Source: an uncultured Bdellovibrio sp. (GTDB lineage: Bacteria > Bdellovibrionota > Bdellovibrionia > Bdellovibrionales > Bdellovibrionaceae). From it: DNA of 64,000 nt. The stretch is taken from the NCBI GenBank assembly GCA_966211455.1, contig CBIHNI010000009.1, forward strand, positions 115,576 to 179,575, given 5' to 3'. A model generated the notes under the pieces. That model was given only the letters and a program-made list of their open reading frames with translations, did not search any database and was not told the DNA's origin. The first letter of the stretch is position 1, and every line of letters starts with the position of its first letter. Both the position numbers and the translations under genes were made by a program. Shown here in pieces: positions 18,576 through 26,239 of the stretch.

Positions 18576-19297
18576 AGATCGGAATTGTTTCGCAAGCTAG
18601 GATGACCAGCACACGGCTCCCGGCAAAGATTCTGAAATCCGTCGCCGGCCAAAGCCTACTTGATTATCACGTAGATCGCCTGCAATGGTCCGCTCTTCCG
18701 GTCTATATCGCGACGACCATCAATGCGACCGACGATGTGGTGGAAGCCTTTTGTCGAAAAAGGCAGATTGGCTTATTTCGCGGTAGCGAAGACAACGTCT
18801 TGTCTCGCTACGCAGGATTGGCAGAAAAATACGGTCTAGATGTAATTGTGCGAGTGACGTCGGACTGCCCTTTGATTGATGGACATGTGGTACGCGCCGG
18901 GGTCGATCGCTTTTTGCAGCTGAAAGATCTTTCACGAAGCTATGTGACGAACTGTCAGAAACGCACATTTCCCCGCGGCTTTGATTTCGAAGTCTTTCAT
19001 CGGGATGCTTTAAATGAAATGATGAACTTAGCCAAAGAACCCTATGAGCTTGAGCACGTAACGCCTTACATTTGGAAAAGCCATCCGGACCGTTTTCGGA
19101 TTGAGCACTTCATCCGTTCGGCGGACGCTTCTAGCTATCGCATTACGGTTGACGAACCCGATGATTTCAAACTGATTGAAAAATTAATTGCAGATTATGC
19201 CTGCGCTTCAAAGAATGCTGAAGAGATCATCCGCGTGCTGCAAACCCATCCTGATTTGGCGTTGATAAATCGACATGTTGAACAAAAGAAAGTTTGA
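18572..19297 (+). CDS. Cytidylyltransferase of the SpsF/PseF (CTP_transf_3) type
   Basis: 241 aa. IVSQARMTSTRLPAKILK..GQSLL, VRVTSDCPLID, TFPRGFDFEVF. Confidence 0.75.
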   Translation: MKIGIVSQARMTSTRLPAKILKSVAGQSLLDYHVDRLQWSALPVYIATTINATDDVVEAFCRKRQIGLFRGSEDNVLSRYAGLAEKYGLDVIVRVTSDCPLIDGHVVRAGVDRFLQLKDLSRSYVTNCQKRTFPRGFDFEVFHRDALNEMMNLAKEPYELEHVTPYIWKSHPDRFRIEHFIRSADASSYRITVDEPDDFKLIEKLIADYACASKNAEEIIRVLQTHPDLALINRHVEQKKV

Positions 19298-20525
19298 TCC
19301 CCCAATTCTATGGTTTCTAGGGCTGATGCTGGTCCTTTGCGGAAAGTTTTACTTCCTTTTAGGATTTGTACCCGGCTCGCGGCAACCGATTGCCCCCCCT
19401 TCAGTCATCATGATGCGCGACCTGCTTTTAATTATATTTTTGGGTGGATGCTTTTGGTTTGGCCGTAGCCAAATCTGGGCGCAGCGCAAACAGATGTTCT
19501 GGTTTTTCGTTTTTCTCATCACCGCCTTGATTTTTGCAGGCTTCCAATTCACCGGCGAAAAAAAGGCCATGGAGATTTTGCAACATTATCTGCGCAATGC
19601 TCTTTTGCCGCTTTTGGCTTTCCCGGCGGGTTATTTTGTCTTTTCAAGATTTGAAAACCTAAGGTTTCAGAAGGCTATTTCGGCCTTTGCCGTTATCAAT
19701 ATTATTCTCGGAGTGGTTGAAATTTTCTGGCGCAAGGATCTGATGTGGGTCACACGTCCGACGGGCATTTTGGGTGATCCTTTATTGTGTTCGGCTTTTT
19801 TGCTTTTAGGCGTCGGCGCTTTAAATTTTCGCGGTCTGGGCACAAAGACTCTGTCGCTGGCTCTGATTGTTTCGGGATCCATGGTGCTATTTGCCGCAAG
19901 CTCGCTGAGCGCCTGGGTGTCTTGGGGACTTGCCGTTTTAGCGATCGGTTGGATGGCCTGGCGCCGAGGCCAAAATCCGGTGTGGCTGAAGGCCCTGGGG
20001 ATCTTTATTTTTGCGGCGATCGTGCTTCTGGCGGTCTCGCAGTCGTCTTATATGTCCCAGTACATGAGCAATGCTGATCGTCTGGATCAAAAGGCCGAGC
20101 GCCTGAAAGATTCGCTTCTCTGCCTAGGAAGCGAATGTAAAGCCAGCCATCGCTCTGTTTCCGATCGCATTTATTCGAACCGTCTACCCTTCGAAAAATG
20201 CGCCGAAGATCTTTCGATTTGTTTACTTGGAGACTTGAAAGGACCGAAATATCACCGTGTAGATTCCACTTGGTCATCGCTGACGATCAATTGGGGTTTG
20301 ACGGTGATGCTACTGTATTATTTTGTTTTCGCTCTGTACTCGTGGCGGAAAATTATCAGCATCAAGAATTGGAATTCAGAAATTCAACTTTGCGTGTTGG
20401 TATTTTTCTTTTACTGGGGCTTTAGCGTGATGAACACAGTGATCTATAAATATCCATTAAATGTTCTATTTTATCTCTGCGTCGCTAAACTCTGGTATCT
20501 GGCCGAGAAAGAAAAGAATCAGTAA
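19275..20525 (+). CDS. Polytopic membrane protein, putative Wzy-type polymerase
   Basis: 416 aa with about 10 hydrophobic segments and a large loop (residues ~260-330). It sits at the end of the NulO operon. The start is uncertain (ATG at 19275 overlaps the upstream gene by 23 nt; ATG at 19323 is an alternative). Confidence 0.45.
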   Translation: MLNKRKFDPPILWFLGLMLVLCGKFYFLLGFVPGSRQPIAPPSVIMMRDLLLIIFLGGCFWFGRSQIWAQRKQMFWFFVFLITALIFAGFQFTGEKKAMEILQHYLRNALLPLLAFPAGYFVFSRFENLRFQKAISAFAVINIILGVVEIFWRKDLMWVTRPTGILGDPLLCSAFLLLGVGALNFRGLGTKTLSLALIVSGSMVLFAASSLSAWVSWGLAVLAIGWMAWRRGQNPVWLKALGIFIFAAIVLLAVSQSSYMSQYMSNADRLDQKAERLKDSLLCLGSECKASHRSVSDRIYSNRLPFEKCAEDLSICLLGDLKGPKYHRVDSTWSSLTINWGLTVMLLYYFVFALYSWRKIISIKNWNSEIQLCVLVFFFYWGFSVMNTVIYKYPLNVLFYLCVAKLWYLAEKEKNQ

Positions 20526-21883
20526 GCGTTTTTATTCATGAAACCGCGCCAGACAGTCAAAAAGAGAATTTTGACATCAAACCAAAGCGACCAGTTTCGA
20601 ACGTAATACAAATCGCACTCGATTCGCTTTTCCAGCGATGTATCCCCACGCCAGCCGTTGACCTGTGCCCATCCGGTGATGCCCGCCTTCATCTTGTGGC
20701 GAAGCATGTAGGCCGGAATTTCCTGACGAAATTTTTCCACGAATTTGGTCTGCTCGGGTCTTGGTCCGACTAAGCTCATATCACCAATAAAAACATTCCA
20801 CAGTTGAGGCAATTCATCCAAAGAGGTCGCCCGCAAGAAACGACCAAATGTCGTTCTTCGCGGATCATCTTTCACCGTCCAAGTCACCTGCGCTTCGGCA
20901 TCAACCCGCATTGAACGGAATTTCCACATCTTAAACTTCACCCCGTCCAGACCGACACGTTCTTGCTTAAAAAAGATCGGTCCCTTCGAATCAAGCTTGA
21001 TCAAAAGACCAATCAGCAACAGCAGTGGCGAAACCACCAGCAATCCTAAACCCGAAGCCACCAGGTCAAAAGCGCGCTTGCTGACTTCATCGATCGTCGA
21101 AAAGTTTGGCTGATTGACAACCAAGGCCGGATAACCTGCCAGATCTTCAACTTGGTAGCCAATGAAGGAATATTGCAGATCCGGCAAAACCACCAAAGGT
21201 ACAACATCGTTATAGTTCTGCCTCAAAAACTGATCGAGATGCAGATAATCCTGGGCTGGATATCCGATGATGAAATAATCAGGATGAAACCGTTTACGAA
21301 CTGAATTCAGGTCACCTGTCGTTTCGCTGATATTGAAATCTTGCGAAGTACCACGCGAATCTAACCAGGCCACCATCTCGATCCCCGCGTCGGGGAAGCT
21401 GCGAACAGCCCGGACATAAGATTCGATCATTGGACCGTAACCAACCAAAGCCACATGGCGAAGATTGCGGCCACGACGACGAAGGCTTCGCAAACCCATG
21501 CGCAAAACATAGCGGTAGAAACAAAACACGAAGGTCGATAAGAAAAAATAAGCGATGACGGTAGCGCGCGACAGTTTCAATTCATTGACGAAATAAATCA
21601 GCACGACAAAAGAAATGACGACCAAAAAGTTGGCGCGCATGACCGACATCAGCTCTTTCCACAGCGTGCTCAGGCGATAGGACTTATACAGCCCAATGCG
21701 AGAGAAGAAGAAATAGGTCAGAAAGATCAGCGGCAAAGAGACCTTGTAATAGAAAATATCCAGCGGCTCCGAGCGGAAATAGGTGAATCGAACAAATCCT
21801 GCAAACCACCAACAAATGGCTGCCAGTCCCAAATCGACTAATTTCTGGAGAAACGAGAAACCCTTCTCGTGGGTCTTTAACAT
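20519..21883 (-). CDS. Polyprenyl-phosphate hexose-1-phosphate transferase (Bac_transf; WcaJ/WbaP-like), copy 2
   Basis: 454 aa. WKFRSMRVDAE, LDELPQLWNVFIGDMSLVGPRPEQ, AGITGWAQVNGWRG and DLYYVRNWSLWFDVKIL, plus N-terminal TM segments. Confidence 0.9.
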   Translation of the reverse strand: MLKTHEKGFSFLQKLVDLGLAAICWWFAGFVRFTYFRSEPLDIFYYKVSLPLIFLTYFFFSRIGLYKSYRLSTLWKELMSVMRANFLVVISFVVLIYFVNELKLSRATVIAYFFLSTFVFCFYRYVLRMGLRSLRRRGRNLRHVALVGYGPMIESYVRAVRSFPDAGIEMVAWLDSRGTSQDFNISETTGDLNSVRKRFHPDYFIIGYPAQDYLHLDQFLRQNYNDVVPLVVLPDLQYSFIGYQVEDLAGYPALVVNQPNFSTIDEVSKRAFDLVASGLGLLVVSPLLLLIGLLIKLDSKGPIFFKQERVGLDGVKFKMWKFRSMRVDAEAQVTWTVKDDPRRTTFGRFLRATSLDELPQLWNVFIGDMSLVGPRPEQTKFVEKFRQEIPAYMLRHKMKAGITGWAQVNGWRGDTSLEKRIECDLYYVRNWSLWFDVKILFLTVWRGFMNKNAY

Positions 21884-22050
21884 CCGCTCAATATGCGAGA
21901 AGAGCCTACTTTTTTCAATGCGGTTTTAGGCCAGCCTGCAGACCTCATGCCGCACCATATCACAATCACATGCCCTCGCTTTGCAGTATTTGGCAAACTG
22001 TATGACATTGTCTCTGCAATTATCAATAAGTTGACTGAGGTGAAGGAAAT

Positions 22051-23613
22051 TTGCCAATGCGGGATATGTCGCAGCTGAAAGGGAAACTTTCTCGAGGTTT
22101 TCAGGCTTACTATTTTTTTATTTCTATCGGCTTTCGAAAAGAATTCCGCTTTAAATCCCTTCTAACTATCGCTTTAGGCGGCGCCGGAATTTCCCTTCAG
22201 GTCGGGGCGATTTCTTTAGCCCTGAAATATCTATCACACTCAGTAAAGCATGAAACTTTCGATTTGTTGGGGCAAACTTATGAGCTTCGAACGTCGGTCT
22301 TGTTGTTAGGCTTAACAACGTTATTTTGTTTTCTTTTATTAGTCTTAAGCAGCATCGCCACATTTTACTCGCATAAACTGACGATGCAACTGGGGGCATC
22401 CGCCGAACATGATATTTTTGGCCGTATCTATGAAAAGCTTGTGCGCTCGCCATTGCTAAAAATTCCCGAGCATGACCAAAAAACGGACACAAGTTTTTTG
22501 GTTCGAACTTTAGTCTCGGATGCACGCACATTTGGCCGCGCTTTTCACATCAGTTTGATGATGGTGGTACCTGCCTTTACTTTCGTCGGTGCAATTATCT
22601 CTTTGCTTCTGCTTCATCCTTTGACAACTTTAACTCTAATTCCATTTGCGACAGCTATGTTGTTTTTCGTCTATCGGGAAAATCAAGCAAGCGTCACGAC
22701 TTCAAAAAAATTCGAAAAGATTCAGTCCCAGTACACCAAATATGCAGCCGATAAAATCGCAGCCCTCGCAAAAAGCCTTCGATCCGACCTTAATGTGAAT
22801 TTACATTCCGAGAATGACGATTTTCATCCTAAGATTCCCACTCAATCCTTTGCAGATCTGATGCTAATTCCTTACCGCAGCAGCTTAATATCGGACCTAT
22901 TTTTGGCGGGAACCGCATCTTTCGTTCTTTTTACGCTCTCCGCCTCTGCGATCTCGGGCCGAACTAGCTGGACATCAATTGCGGCTTACCTAGTCAGTAT
23001 CCGATACGGTACAAATGCCCTTAAAACTTTACTTTCTCGATTTTCCGTTCTCGGCCGATTCTTACCGCAGATGACTCGAATCCGATCACTGCTTCAATCC
23101 ATCGACAAAAAGCATCTCGTTCCTCCCCAAGATATTCGGCTTACCCATCCTTCCTTTCCTGGAAAATACATTCCGTTCGAAACCGGATCTCCGATTGGAA
23201 TTGTCTCGCCTCAATATATCAATCGCTTTAACATCTCTCGTCTGTTCCAAAGTCTCCATGTTGAAGGAACAAACGAATCCCTGGCGCGTTTTTATCGCCC
23301 ACGCTTTCATTTCGAGATCGAAAATCTTCTTGATGAAAACTCAGTTTTCTACTGTACTGGTCTCGAATTTTATCGCGAACGACATGAGATCACTCAAAAT
23401 TCTAAGGCCATGTGCCGCCTGACCTCTGCCGAAGCAGTCGTGGATCCTGTCAAATACGTTATCGTGTATCTCAATGCTCAAGTGGTCTGGCTAGGCAACA
23501 GCACTGATTTCTATCTCATCAAAGATACTCTTAATCTGAACGCCATCAAGGCTGAAGAGGATGTCCAAATCGATCACGATCAGGATATCGATGATACCGA
23601 TGATTTTGAATAA
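22051..23613 (+). CDS. ABC-exporter-like membrane protein with degenerate/truncated nucleotide-binding domain
   Basis: 520 aa. The N-terminal ~340 aa look like a type-I ABC exporter TMD (six hydrophobic segments; LGASAEHDIFGRIYEKLVRSPLL at the usual ICL1 position). Where Walker A is expected the sequence reads GIVSPQYINRFNISRLF, and no LSGGQ is seen. The tail is acidic (DHDQDIDDTDDFE). Start is TTG at 22051 or ATG at 22057, after GAGGTGAAGGA. Confidence 0.45.
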   Translation: MPMRDMSQLKGKLSRGFQAYYFFISIGFRKEFRFKSLLTIALGGAGISLQVGAISLALKYLSHSVKHETFDLLGQTYELRTSVLLLGLTTLFCFLLLVLSSIATFYSHKLTMQLGASAEHDIFGRIYEKLVRSPLLKIPEHDQKTDTSFLVRTLVSDARTFGRAFHISLMMVVPAFTFVGAIISLLLLHPLTTLTLIPFATAMLFFVYRENQASVTTSKKFEKIQSQYTKYAADKIAALAKSLRSDLNVNLHSENDDFHPKIPTQSFADLMLIPYRSSLISDLFLAGTASFVLFTLSASAISGRTSWTSIAAYLVSIRYGTNALKTLLSRFSVLGRFLPQMTRIRSLLQSIDKKHLVPPQDIRLTHPSFPGKYIPFETGSPIGIVSPQYINRFNISRLFQSLHVEGTNESLARFYRPRFHFEIENLLDENSVFYCTGLEFYRERHEITQNSKAMCRLTSAEAVVDPVKYVIVYLNAQVVWLGNSTDFYLIKDTLNLNAIKAEEDVQIDHDQDIDDTDDFE

Positions 23614-23769
23614 GGCCTTGTCGCTCGAAGCCACGATCAAGTCCTAACGCAGAAAATATAATCCAATTTATACATTTATACTTGTTTATGTTTTAAGCAG
23701 TGATTCATGACGCACATTCAAAACCACAACCCAAGGGCTAGAAAACAAATATCAGTTTGTACGAATTTT

Positions 23770-23794
23770 TTGAAAATCTTAGGCTGATTTTCAA
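23770..23794. promoter_or_regulatory. 9-bp perfect inverted repeat (TTGAAAATC-N7-GATTTTCAA) in the leader/promoter region of the C1q-like gene
   Basis: Arms at 23770-23778 and 23786-23794, 38 nt upstream of the ATG at 23832. It could be an operator site or a 5'-UTR hairpin. Confidence 0.3.
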
Positions 23795-23831
23795 GCCACG
23801 AGCTAAAACCATCTTTTTCAAGGAGGAAAAA

Positions 23832-24482
23832 ATGTTCAAAACAGCTTTGGTATTCTTAGGTCTCTTAACAGCAGCTGTCTCTCAAGCCCATGCGATCGAA
23901 GTTCAAGATATCGGCTTCGGAGCACCCACGGTTTATGACCACGATAATGTCGATGCAAGTAAAGGGGATATTATCTACGATACTTTCCGAAACGGATTCT
24001 ACGGCTACGACGGAACAAGCTGGAGTTCATTTGGAGCAACCGGTATCCAGTCCATCCAAGCTCGTTACACAACAACTGCCGGACAAAGCATTTCAAATGG
24101 CTCGACACCAATCATCGTTGATTTCGGAACATCTGATTACGACACCAACAGTGCCGTGACCACGGGTGCTTCTTGGAAGTTCACCGCTCCTGTAGCTGGT
24201 AAATACGCGGTCAGCGCCCGTGTTACTTTTGCTGCAGCCAGCTTTACTGCGGGGAATGGTATCACTTTAGACATTTATAAAAATGGCTCTTTCTTTCAGC
24301 GCATTGGTACAACTCGCGCTTCCGTTACTGGCAGCGCATCAGCCCAAGTTTGGGGAAATGAAGACATTTCTTTAAATGCGAATGACTATGTCGACATTCG
24401 TGTTACTCACGCTGAAGGCTCAGCTCGAAGCATTTTATCTACAGCTGGATACAACTCAGTATCGATTCACAAAATCAATTAA
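23832..24482 (+). CDS. Secreted protein with C1q/TNF-like jelly-roll C-terminal domain
   Basis: 216 aa from the ATG at 23832, with a consensus AGGAGG at 23821-23826. Sec signal peptide MFKTALVFLGLLTAAVSQAHA. C-terminal pattern WKFTAPVAGKYAVSARVTF...ITLDIYKNG...ISLNANDYVDIRV...SVSIHKI is C1q-like. Flanked by a 218-bp AT-rich leader and a strong terminator. Confidence 0.6.
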   Translation: MFKTALVFLGLLTAAVSQAHAIEVQDIGFGAPTVYDHDNVDASKGDIIYDTFRNGFYGYDGTSWSSFGATGIQSIQARYTTTAGQSISNGSTPIIVDFGTSDYDTNSAVTTGASWKFTAPVAGKYAVSARVTFAAASFTAGNGITLDIYKNGSFFQRIGTTRASVTGSASAQVWGNEDISLNANDYVDIRVTHAEGSARSILSTAGYNSVSIHKIN

Positions 24483-24530
24483 ATCTTGGGAAAGAGTTCT
24501 CCCATAAAGGACTCATTTTTTATCAATCAT

Positions 24531-24566
24531 GTCATGATCTGGCTGCAACCGTAGCCAGATCATGAC
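24531..24566. terminator. Bidirectional intrinsic terminator hairpin between convergent genes
   Basis: Perfect 14-bp stem GTCATGATCTGGCT / AGCCAGATCATGAC with an 8-nt loop. It lies between the stop at 24482 (+) and the stop at 24577 (-). Confidence 0.7.
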
Positions 24567-24576
24567 ATCCAATCCC

Positions 24577-26217
24577 TTACGGTAACTCATAAATGCTAGC
24601 CAGGCCGTCGACAGTTCGCACTTTCTGTGCCTTCATCTCGGTCATTTTTTTGGTCAGCCAATCTCGCTCGATGGCGGCGATGGCCTTGCTCCACGCGTCC
24701 AGATCTTGCAAAGGATCTGTTTCTGGCTGCAGCAAAGCCCTTCGGATTTTGCGCAGTTCTACTTTCACATCTATTCCGTAAATCTTTTGGAATGCAGCGA
24801 CCACGTCGCCGCCGCGAATGTCATTGAACTTGTCGGTGATCAGAACATACTTGATCGAATTCTTCTCTAGGCACTTTTCAAATTCTTCCTGACAGAAGTT
24901 TGAAAAAGTCACAGCTTGATCCCCTAGGTACATATGTCCACTTAAAGCATAGGCCAAAGAACCACCCCACATCGCTTTGCGATTTTCGTATGCGAATGGG
25001 ACACCCAGTTTGTTTGTTGGACCGACCAAATCCTTCGTTTGCAAGTAGATCTGTCGATGCCACGAAATCTCGATGTCTTGTTTGGAAACCTTATATGTGG
25101 TCCAGATAGAATATCCCATCAGCGAAGCCATTGCGATCATGGAAAGCTTGCGATGCCAGCTTTGCAAAAACAAAAAGAATCCACAAAATGTAACCAAAAT
25201 GCCGATTGGCAACATGGGGGTGAATAGTCTGGGCAGATCCACTGGCCCAACTAAGAAACTGTAAGATAAAAGATAAAACAAAGGGATAAAAGCACAAGCC
25301 AACAGAATAGGGACTTGCGCCGGTGTTTCTATCTGACGGGCCTTTAAATATCCCGCTAATAAAACAAAAGCGACAAAGCCAAGGCTGAGATAAAATCCGT
25401 AAATATCCATGAAAAAGGACTGCGCAATCGTAAATACCGTGAACAAGCTGGCGCTGCTTTGTCTGGTCACCGAATGATGAATTTCAGCCATGTTTTTAAA
25501 CACCGCGGATGGACCAAAAATCAAAAGACCTAAGATAAAAGGTGCACAAAAAGAAAGACCAGCAATCACGCTTTTTTTCAAAAAGGTTTTGCGAAATTTA
25601 GCATTCCATTCTCTTTCGGCTCGGAAAACCACCCACCCAATGACGCATCCAATGAACAACGTCAGAAGCCCCATGTCTTCATGAGTATTAGCCGCCAACC
25701 CCAGCCACAGGCTCATCAAAGCTAGATACTTATCACTGCCATAGGTCTTCATGCCCAAAGACTGAAGATAGCAAATAAAGAAAATCAAAAAGCCCAGTAA
25801 AAAAGTCGTGCTGTAGATATGGCAAAGCTCTTGCCCGCTTTGTAGCACCATTGGCAGCCACGAAGCATAGAAAAGGCCGACGGCAAAACCAAATGCGCGA
25901 GATCCAGTTATCCGAACGGCCAGTAGAAACAGGATGACGGCATTTAAGCTATCAAATGTCGAAACCATGAATTTGATCGAATGATCTTGATAATGGAACA
26001 TCAAGAGTCCGATTCCGTTGATCAAATAAGCCAAAGGACGATAGAAAAGCAGGTAGGGATCCCCAGTGATCAGACGTTCCGAAAAAACAAAGTACTGAAA
26101 GGTATCATGTCCAGAAACTCCCAGATCAAAAATTCGTCGGTACCTGAGATATCCAGCAATCGCAAAAACAATCAGCGCTAAGAGGCCTACAATCCAATGG
26201 TTCTTATTGATTTTCAT
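24577..26217 (-). CDS. GT-C-like (ArnT/PMT_2-like) polytopic glycosyltransferase candidate with C-terminal periplasmic domain, paralogue A
   Basis: 546 aa from the ATG at 26217 (GAGGTG Shine-Dalgarno; the upstream stop is at 26240). About 11 TM segments. The first-loop motif SGHDTFQYF is shared with ORF 37398-39032, followed by a soluble C-terminal ~160 aa. Confidence 0.5.
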   Translation of the reverse strand: MKINKNHWIVGLLALIVFAIAGYLRYRRIFDLGVSGHDTFQYFVFSERLITGDPYLLFYRPLAYLINGIGLLMFHYQDHSIKFMVSTFDSLNAVILFLLAVRITGSRAFGFAVGLFYASWLPMVLQSGQELCHIYSTTFLLGFLIFFICYLQSLGMKTYGSDKYLALMSLWLGLAANTHEDMGLLTLFIGCVIGWVVFRAEREWNAKFRKTFLKKSVIAGLSFCAPFILGLLIFGPSAVFKNMAEIHHSVTRQSSASLFTVFTIAQSFFMDIYGFYLSLGFVAFVLLAGYLKARQIETPAQVPILLACAFIPLFYLLSYSFLVGPVDLPRLFTPMLPIGILVTFCGFFLFLQSWHRKLSMIAMASLMGYSIWTTYKVSKQDIEISWHRQIYLQTKDLVGPTNKLGVPFAYENRKAMWGGSLAYALSGHMYLGDQAVTFSNFCQEEFEKCLEKNSIKYVLITDKFNDIRGGDVVAAFQKIYGIDVKVELRKIRRALLQPETDPLQDLDAWSKAIAAIERDWLTKKMTEMKAQKVRTVDGLASIYELP

Positions 26218-26239
26218 ATCACCTCGGCAAATCACGCTA

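Noticed and set aside
21893-22078. 61-aa ORF with a C-terminal CQCGIC motif in the divergent intergenic region
   Set aside because: It has no Shine-Dalgarno sequence and overlaps the start and ribosome-binding site of the 22051 gene. The Cys motif is too short to be meaningful. The region is more likely promoter or leader sequence.
23700-23760. Possible c-di-GMP (GEMM-I-like) riboswitch in the leader of the C1q-like gene, prompted by the string GACGCACA
   Set aside because: Only that short string resembles the motif. I could not find the conserved GGGCAAA / GGGACGCAAAGCC elements or the paired P1/P2 helices. A covariance-model scan would be needed to revisit this.
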